Made by a program: the position numbers and the translations under genes. The notes beneath the pieces are model-generated. The model was not told the DNA's origin, made no database searches, and saw only the letters and a program-made list of their open reading frames with translations. This document shows, one piece after another, positions 34,767 to 64,000 of a stretch of 64,000 nt of DNA. Position 1 is the stretch's first letter. Every line of letters starts with the position of its first letter. The DNA is from the human T2T-CHM13v2.0 reference genome, Homo sapiens. The stretch lies in the NCBI RefSeq assembly GCF_009914755.1, contig NC_060943.1, one strand, 5' to 3'.

Positions 34767-37156
34767 ATGTGACTGAGACCAAGAACTCTCCTCTGATGGA
34801 GGATTTCTTCGAAGAAGGATTCTCCCAGGAGATTATAGAGATGTTATCCAAGGATGGCTTCTGGAACTCCAATTTCGGAGAAGCCTGTATAGAGGACACC
34901 TGGTTAGATAGTTTGCTAGGCGATCCAGAAAGTCTTCTGAGGTCTGATATTGCCACCAACGGGGAAAGTCCCACGGAATGCAAGAGTCATGAATTAAAGA
35001 GAGGACTCAGTCCTGTGTCCACCGTTTCCACGGGAGAAGATTCCATGGTGCATAATGTTTCTGAAAAGACCCTCACACCAGCTAAGTCTAAGGAATATAG
35101 GGGTGAGTTTTTCTCCTACTCCGACCACAGCCAGCAGGATTCTGTTCAGGAAGGGGAGAAACCATATCAATGTAGTGAATGTGGGAAAAGCTTCAGTGGG
35201 AGTTACCGTCTTACCCAGCACTGGATCACTCATACTAGGGAGAAACCCACTGTCCATCAAGAGTGTGAGCAAGGTTTTGACCGGAATGCTTCCCTTTCTG
35301 TGTATCCGAAAACTCACACGGGCTACAAATTCTATGTGTGTAATGAATATGGGACAACTTTTAGTCAGAGTACATACCTGTGGCATCAGAAAACTCACAC
35401 TGGAGAAAAACCATGTAAGAGTCAAGATAGTGACCACCCACCCAGTCATGACACACAGCCTGGTGAGCATCAGAAAACTCACACAGATAGTAAGTCCTAC
35501 AACTGTAACGAATGCGGCAAGGCTTTTACCCGGATCTTCCACCTTACTCGGCACCAGAAGATCCACACTCGGAAACGCTATGAGTGTTCCAAGTGCCAGG
35601 CGACCTTCAACTTGAGAAAACACCTCATCCAACATCAGAAAACTCACGCTGCAAAAACTACCTCTGAGTGTCAGGAGTGTGGGAAGATTTTTAGGCACAG
35701 TTCGCTGCTCATTGAACACCAGGCTCTTCATGCTGGAGAGGAGCCTTATAAGTGTAACGAACGTGGGAAATCCTTCAGGCATAACTCTACCCTAAAGATC
35801 CATCAGAGGGTTCACAGTGGAGAGAAGCCTTACAAATGCAGTGAGTGTGGGAAGGCCTTCCACCGGCACACTCACCTTAATGAACATCGGCGAATTCATA
35901 CAGGCTACAGACCCCACAAATGTCAGGAATGCGTCAGGAGTTTCAGCCGGCCCTCACATCTGATGCGACATCAGGCCATTCACACCGCAGAAAAGCCCTA
36001 TAGCTGTGCTGAATGCAAGGAGACTTTCAGCGATAACAATCGCCTTGTGCAACACCAGAAAATGCACACTGTCAAAACCCCATATGAATGTCAGGAGTGC
36101 GGAGAACGCTTCATTTGCGGCTCAACCCTGAAGTGCCACGAGAGTGTTCACGCCAGAGAAAAACAAGGATTTTTTGTGAGTGGGAAGATCTTGGATCAGA
36201 ACCCAGAACAGAAAGAGAAGTGCTTTAAGTGTAACAAATGTGAGAAAACCTTTAGCTGCAGCAAATACCTAACTCAGCACGAGAGGATTCACACCAGGGG
36301 AGTGAAGCCCTTTGAATGTGACCAGTGTGGGAAAGCCTTTGGCCAAAGTACTCGGCTCATTCACCATCAAAGAATCCACTCTAGAGTGAGGCTGTATAAA
36401 TGGGGTGAGCAAGGGAAAGCCATCAGCAGTGCCTCCCTTATCAAACTTCAGTCCTTCCACACAAAGGAGCACCCTTTTAAATGTAACGAATGCGGAAAGA
36501 CCTTCAGCCACAGTGCACACCTCTCAAAACATCAGTTAATTCACGCTGGAGAGAATCCCTTTAAATGTAGTAAGTGTGACAGAGTCTTCACCCAGAGAAA
36601 CTACCTTGTTCAGCATGAGCGAACTCATGCCAGAAAGAAGCCGTTGGTGTGTAACGAATGCGGGAAAACGTTCCGTCAGAGCTCATGCCTTTCTAAGCAT
36701 CAGAGAATTCACTCAGGTGAGAAGCCCTATGTATGTGATTACTGCGGGAAGGCCTTCGGCCTGAGTGCTGAGCTTGTCCGCCACCAGAGAATTCACACTG
36801 GAGAAAAGCCTTATGTTTGTCAGGAATGCGGGAAAGCCTTCACCCAGAGCTCATGCCTTTCTATTCACCGGAGAGTTCACACTGGGGAGAAGCCCTACAG
36901 ATGTGGTGAATGTGGGAAAGCCTTTGCCCAGAAAGCAAATCTAACACAGCACCAGAGAATTCACACAGGGGAGAAGCCTTACTCCTGTAATGTGTGTGGC
37001 AAAGCTTTTGTCCTCAGTGCCCATCTCAACCAGCACCTGAGAGTTCACACCCAGGAGACACTTTATCAGTGTCAACGTTGCCAGAAAGCCTTTCGGTGCC
37101 ACTCGAGCCTCAGCCGCCATCAGCGTGTACACAACAAGCAGCAATACTGCCTGTAG
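34767..37156 (+). CDS. ZNF473: ZNF473 exon 5: acidic linker plus C2H2 zinc-finger array (ZFP100, U7 snRNP/histone pre-mRNA processing factor)
   Basis: Acceptor TTTCAG|ATGTG. ORF to TAG at 37156 with repeated CxxC...HxxxH and TGEKPY linkers. Spliced CDS 9+127+90+2390=2616 nt = 871 aa. Confidence 0.97.
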
Positions 37157-37334
37157 CCATTGGGTGGCAGCAGAGTCCCAGAATATGAGACCGTTACTCG
37201 GATGTTGAAAGTTGGAAACTATCCCATTGCAAGTTTCTCTCCAAATAAATGCATCTAAAGATTGATTAGAAAGTTTGTGCGCATGTTTTTCATTATAACA
37301 ATGAAAACACAAAAGTGGAGAAGCTGTACAACGT

Positions 37335-37550
37335 CAGGATTCAGAGGTAGGCTCTGGAGCCAGTCTACCTTGAGTTAAATCCCACCTCTGCCATCTACTA
37401 CCTAAGTGACCTTGGGAAGGTCAGAAAAATCTCTCAGGGCCTCGGTGTCCTTATCTGTAAAATGGGCATCACCTACCTCAGAGGGCTTTTCTGAGGATTA
37501 AATAAATAAATGTGAAGCACTTAGAACTGATGGCCAGCACATGAGGGCTC
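37335..37550 (+). mobile_element. MIR in the ZNF473 3'UTR
   Basis: MIR core GTGACCTTGGG...CTGTAAAATGGG...GAGGATTAAAT. Confidence 0.8.
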
Positions 37551-38852
37551 ACCAAGTGTAAGCCACAAATACACATCAGCTATAGCACAAATATACTTGT
37601 GTTACAAGAAAGGAATTAGTAATCTGTGTTTACTGTAGTTAATGTTCTTACAATGTATCGCTTTTAATTTAAGTTTTCCTTTTTTACAGTTTTTCTCCAG
37701 CACTTTACTCTTCTTAAGTGCCTGGCCTTTTTTGTCCCTTTATCTCTCCTGGTTTTTTTCTTAAGCCCCAGAAAGCCAAAAAGAACATGTAAACTCTTCA
37801 CCTCAACTAGCTACAACCTTCCACTCCTAACCTCCCAAGCTTCTCACTTAAAGAGGACTCCCTATCCCACAAACACATGCTCCCTCTTCCTATGACCTTC
37901 CTCCATTTAACAGTGTTGGTTATGCAATAAGACACCCAATTTTTCATGGGAGTTGACACCAAAACACAGCTGGATTCCATCAGGAAAGCTGCATTGATCA
38001 GGGTGTTAACCGCATATGAAACAACCCATATGGAAGACATACTTAGGGGTCAAACCTGTGGTGTGTGGAAGTGACCACTGGGATGTCATCATTCACCATT
38101 TATCCAGGATGGCCGCTCACCAGGCAATTTGCTAGGCTCGGGGGCGGGTAGTATCCATACACTATGCACTACTGCTCTGAAGCTTCTGGAATCAGAAATG
38201 AACCCATTTTCATCGACGATTGCTGTTAGTTGACAAGTGACATCTTGAAAATGCCACATTCCCTCATGTCACAGGAAGTTCTGGGATCACCAAGGATTGT
38301 TGGAGAGTCCAGTGAGATGGAACCACACAACCAGTTCCCTACCAGTGTCTTGTCAGCTCTGGGTGTTTGTTCCCTGCCACTAAGTGGCTCAGTCACACCT
38401 TTGCTGAAACACAGTAGTCTTATGAAAAGCACTGGACACATACTTTGAATACCTTTCATATTTTAGGTGCTGAAAATGGTGAGGGAGTGAGTGCTCTGCA
38501 CCCTTGGGCTTTTCAACTCTTGCACCTGGAGTTCTGCTGGTTAAGTTTGTTAAACTTAGTTGAAACTGGGAACCTGTTGGCTAACCATTGGGGCCTTACA
38601 CTGTTTTTCAAATGGTTGCAACATTTAACTTCTCGCACATGGTTCCCGTCCTCTGGAGCTCTGTCTTGTCGGGGAGATGGGCATGTTGTATACCAAAAGA
38701 GTGTACAAAGTGTTGCAGGGCTGTGACACAATAGGGACTCTATGGAAAACTGGCAGCCATTGGGTGTGGGGGCAGTCTGTAAATCAGTCACCTGTGTTGC
38801 TGCAGGCCAAGGTAGAAACGCCCTCCGTGTGTGCATATTTGTTGGTTCTCTG

Positions 38853-38858
38853 ATTAAA
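38853..38858 (+). terminator. ZNF473: Probable distal poly(A) signal (ATTAAA) of ZNF473; proximal AATAAA at 37244 and 37501/37505
   Basis: Hexamers in the sequence 3' of the stop codon. The distal one closes a ~1.7 kb UTR. Confidence 0.55.
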
Positions 38859-40519
38859 GTTTTGAGTCTAAAAGCATTGGTTCCTTCTCTCAGCCTGCTG
38901 CCATGCAGCCACGCATCAGTCCCTGCCTGCCAGGCCTCACGTCTTTGCTGGGGAGGGCTTCTGGTGGCGATCAGTAAGAGGGAGCAGCTCAGTTTTCCCA
39001 CTGTCTGGGCGGGGCATGCGCCACTGAGGAGGCACACAAGTTCAGCTGGTCCTCAGATGCATCATCAAACAACACTTTTCAGTCTGTGTGTGGGCCTAAG
39101 TAACCAAGGAGAGAGCACAGGCAGCCTGCAGTTCACTCTTCACAGACATGTCAGGCCCCAGGCTTGGGGAGTGTTTCTAATTAGCATCCAGTAATACATA
39201 TAACTTTGTTTATACTTTAATTTTTGTCCCCACCTTTTTCCTTTAGTGACAAGTGACAAGAGATACTAGTTCCTGCTCATGGTAGTAATAGAAAGTTTTT
39301 TTTTTTTATAAACTGAGCTGATAGGGCCGAGTGTGGTGGTTCATGCCTGTAATCCCAGCACTTTGGGAGGCCTAGGTGGGAAGATGACTTGAGCCCAGGA
39401 GTTCGAGACCAGCCTCAACAACGTGATGAAACCCTGTCTCTACGAAAGAAATATGCAAATTAGCTGGGTAGTGGCCACTGATCACTTAAAAATGATTAAA
39501 ATGGCAAATTTTATGTATATTTTTACAATTTAAAAACATTTAAAGTTTAAATTTAGATAAAAGTTTAAGTTTAGATAAATTTAAAACATTTTAAAGTTTG
39601 TGTGGTAGGCTGGGTGTGGTGGCTCATGCCTGTAATCCCAGCACTTTGGGAGGCTGAGGTGGGTGGATTGCTTGAGCTCAGGAGTTTGAGACCAGCCTGG
39701 GCAGCATGGTGAAATCCTGTGTCTACAAAGAATACAAACAGCCGGGTGTGGTGGTACACGCCTGCAGTCAAGCTACTAGGGAGGCTGAAGTGGGAGAATC
39801 GTGAGCCTGGGAGGTTGAGGCTACAGTAGGCTGTGATCATGCCACTGCACTCCAGCTTGGGCGACAGAACAAGACCCTGTCTCTGAATAAAGGAAAAAGA
39901 TGTGATTGGAAAAAGAAATGAGCTACAGGAGCCTAAACCAAGCAAGGCTAAGATGGCAAAACCCAACACCTCTGAGGCTGATGCAAAGACAAGCTCAAAC
40001 GAGGTCAAGGTATAAAGCAGCAGCAAAGTCTTCTCTAGGGCCAAGGTCTCCCCCAACATTTCAGAGATGGGGACCCCTTGTCGGAACTGATACCCCAGCT
40101 AAATTCCAGCTTGACTTCTGGAAGGGCTGGAGACTAAGGTCAGTCAGGGTGATCAGCCCTGTCAACATAACCAACCCCATAACCCTGGGTACCACGGCGT
40201 GGGTGAGCTTCTCTGGCAACACTTTGTGTGCGGTCACACATCATTGCTGAGTGCGTTAAATGCTTTCCATATGACTTTACTGGCAGAGGACACCTGGAAG
40301 CTCACGCTTGGTCTCTCCTAGACTCCATCCTATGCACCTTTTCCCATTGCTGGTTTTAATCTCTATTCTTTAGCTGTAGTAAATGCAATCAAGTATAACA
40401 GCTTTGCTGAGTTTTGTGAGCCCTTCTAATGAATTACTGAACTTAAGGGTCCACTGCCCTCTCTGAGCCTCAGTTTCTTCAGTGGACTCAAGAATGATAC
40501 TCAGTGTAAGGATTCTCAA

Positions 40520-42138
<1,619 letters not shown>

Positions 42139-42566
42139 GTAGGGGTTTCACCATGCTGCCCAAGGCTGGTCGCCAACTCCTGACCTCAGGTGATCCACCT
42201 GCCTCCCCCTCAAGTGCTGGGATTATAGGCATGAGCCACTGCTCCTGTCCCATGAGGCGGCCTTTGAAAAAGGCTTTGAGGGATGAGCAGGAGGTCGCCA
42301 GGAAGAGAAGGGAAAATATACTATATCTATAGATCTGGCCAAAATTAAAAGTCTCAACGAGGGTGTGAGGAAACTGCCGTTCTCCTACCCTGCTGGTAGG
42401 GAGAGGAATGTCTTCAGCCTTTGAGGAAGTAAATCAGTCAGTCAGTTGGTGATGTTTGCTGAGAACCTTACTGTATACTGGGCAGACGCTAGGGATACAG
42501 CGGGGAAAGACAGAGGGCAGGCAGTAACCATGAGACATGATTGGAAATTATAAGTGCTGTGAAGTA

Positions 42567-48385
<5,819 letters not shown>

Positions 48386-48813
48386 TCAGGCTCCAGTATA
48401 AGGAAGGATGAATCAGTTTAAGAAGCTTGGAGAGAGCTGTTCTTGGTGAAGGTCCCAGATGAAATGGCATCCCTTTTGGACCACTCTCTAACTATACCAC
48501 GATCTAGGGACATGGCAGGGTGGAGGAAATATGCAAGGGAAGCCCCCAGAATGATCAGAACCTGTCGCAGTTAGTGAAAAACTGTGCCACCTTCCCTCTA
48601 GGGAACAAAGGAACAAACCATCTCAACATATGGCGCCAGCATCCTTCTCTGGGGAGTTCCTAGTGTTGATGAAGAGCAGATTGCTGAAAGGCCATTTATG
48701 CACCTGGATCCATCTGTTCCTGAAGGCAAAATTTTTCCTAGGGTTCCTAGTGTTGATGAAGGTGGGATGGAACCTAACAGCAGGACAGCCAGCTCATCAC
48801 ACACTCAGGTTGT

Positions 48814-50690
<1,877 letters not shown>

Positions 50691-50814
50691 CTGAAAGAAA
50701 TGGAAAATACCAATACCACCTGTCCCAGGACAAAGCAAGCTGATTACTTGGAAGTGGCAGTGTAAACCTAAAAAAAAAAAAAAAATTTCAAACTCGATGT
50801 TGCTACTTTGTTTG

Positions 50815-55368
<4,554 letters not shown>

Positions 55369-56383
55369 AGGTAAGGAAATGGAGGCACCAATAGATTAAG
55401 TCACTTGCCCACAATCACGCAGTGGGAGAAAGGGGATTTGAACTCAGAGTCTACACTCTTAAGTACAACATGCACAAGTGCAGTAATAGCACCTTGAGCT
55501 AGGAGCTGTGAAAACGCTGAGAAGCGGTGGCCTAGTTATCACGGAAGGCCACTTGGAGGAGGTGACCTGTAAGCTTCATCGTGAAACACATGAAGGTGCT
55601 TGCCAGGCAGAAAAAGCAGGGAAGGGTATTCCAGACAGAGGGAACAGCATGTGTGAAGGCCCAAAGGTGGCAACACACATTCAGGTTGAGGTACGGACAG
55701 GTGCTTCAGTGAGGTCAGGGCATGGTGTACAATCATGGGTGGATGGTGAAGATGAGGCCAGAGAAAGCACAGGCTGAGTGACACAGGGCACCGAGTGCCA
55801 GGCTGAGGGGCTGGGACTTCATCTTGGGGGTACTGGGGAAGCAGGGGAGGGTGTGAGCAGGGGAGGGAGGGGGTTAGCTCTCAGTATGGAAGGATCCCCT
55901 GGGGCGGTGTCAACTGGAGGGGTAAGTCTGGGGGCCAGGAGGCTGGGGTGAGGGTCCAGGGGAGAGAAGCTGAGGCCTGGCCAGGGGCAGGAGGGACAAG
56001 GCTGGGGACTGATGGGCTGTGACGGGACAAGGGGAGGGTCGGGTGAGAATTATAACGATGACAGCCATTGAAGCCACTACCGACTCTGTGCCAAGCTCTG
56101 GGCTCTGCTCTGTATCTGTTAATTCATTTATTCCTCCCAATCCTAGACACTCATGTCACCTCCTTTTCACAGATGAAAAAAATCAAAGCACAGAGAGGCT
56201 AAGTGACTTGCCCAAGGCCACACAGCCAGGAAGCAATCAGCTGGGATTTGAACCCACACAACCCGACTCCCGAGCCCACGATGATCACCCGTGTGTTCCA
56301 CTGCCTCACCCCTGAGTGAACCTCACTGACCATGAGAGATGGGGTAGGAAGAGGGCTCACACCTGCTGGATATCCTCACCCAC

Positions 56384-56476
56384 CTGGGCAGGTAACTCGC
56401 CGGGCCTCTCTCTCCTGCCTCAGCTCTTCCCCTCGATCCACACGGGAGATCACGTCGGATTTGGACCCAGGCAGCC
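56384..56476 (-). pseudogene. KRAB-B exon of the same zinc-finger pseudogene (GLPGSKSDVISRVDRGEELRQEREARRVTCP)
   Basis: Matches the KRAB-B pattern GLxxSKPDVISxLExGEEPWxxEREx(4)CP. Tandem acceptors TTCCCCAG|GGGCAG| (exon start 56482 or 56476). Donor CCAG|GTGGGT. Phase 1 joins the finger exon as G|AC = Asp. Confidence 0.8.
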
Positions 56477-56708
56477 CTGCCCCTGGGGAAAGATACAAGA
56501 GTTGGCTGTGGGTGCCAGAATCACAGGGAGGTCTACAGGGAAGGTGCACGCACTGAGCGCCTAATGATTGGACGTACAAATGGCCAACGCCAAGACTTAT
56601 TTGTTGTGTGCTTAGCACACTGCAGAGAGGCTGAGCCAACTTATTTGTTGAGTGCTTAGGACACTGCAGAGAGGCTGAGCTCTGACAAAGCTGTTTAAGG
56701 CTCCGCGT

Positions 56709-56987
56709 CTGTGCTGTTCGAGTTAACTGCACTGTGACAGTATAAGAAACATCGTCTTCTGTGTTTCGAAGACTTACTAAAGAAAAAAACAGTAAAATCT
56801 CTCAATCATTTGTTAATTGATTATTATTTCAGTGTGTCAAGATGATAAGATTTTAGATAGCTTGAGGTGAATAAAATGTATTATTAAAATTAATTTCATT
56901 TGTTTCTTCTTATTTTTTTTAACGTGACCGCCAAAAAATGTAAAATTACCTAAGTGGGTTGCATCTTATTTCTGATGGACAACTCTG
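56709..56987. mobile_element. MER33-like hAT-Charlie DNA transposon remnant
   Basis: TTCGAAGACTTA...ATTAAAATTAATTTCA...TTTCTGATGGAC motifs. Confidence 0.65.
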
Positions 56988-57053
56988 TTTAGATTCATTG
57001 ATGTCCAAAGCTTCCATCTCAAGACTTCTAAATACATAAGTTAAAACATTCAC

Positions 57054-64000
<6,947 letters not shown>

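Noticed and set aside
34994-35782. 262-aa antisense ORF over ZNF473, and similar + strand ORFs at 49192-50028
   Set aside because: Shadow ORFs commonly produced by C2H2 codon patterns.
37477-37495. Histone-type stem-loop in the ZNF473 3'UTR (autoregulation idea)
   Set aside because: CTCAGAGGGCTTTTCTGAG can fold but does not match GGYYCTTTTCAGRRCC, and it is part of a MIR.
38513-39194. Overlapping 174-aa (-) and 150-aa (+) ORFs at the ZNF473 3' end
   Set aside because: Non-ATG starts, no recognisable homology or splice structure.

Overview
This is Alu-dense primate (human-like) genomic DNA, recognisable as the chr19q13.33 VRK3/ZNF473 locus. The left part holds the 5' end of VRK3 on the minus strand: two non-coding exons and the first coding exon ([10 protein letters not shown]...). 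VRK3 is head-to-head with ZNF473 (ZFP100) across a CpG-island bidirectional promoter. ZNF473 is complete: four coding exons, 2616 nt, 871 aa, with a variant KRAB domain and a C2H2 array. Downstream are a second CpG island (probable start of a + strand lncRNA, recalled as FLJ26850/ZNF473CR) and a solo ERV1-type LTR inserted into an Alu. The most notable element is a convergent minus-strand KRAB-zinc-finger relic. Its ~625-codon finger exon (18 finger units) is broken by a single in-frame TAG, and it still has a spliceable in-frame KRAB-B exon 5.7 kb upstream. Other observations: inverted similarity between the VRK3 and ZNF473 first exons, strong-Kozak uORFs in both 5'UTRs, a duplicated start/donor module with a GC donor, an L2-derived pre-miRNA-like hairpin, and several locally templated insertions. 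No tRNA, rRNA or CRISPR array was seen. Repeat subfamily names are by eye and boundaries are approximate.
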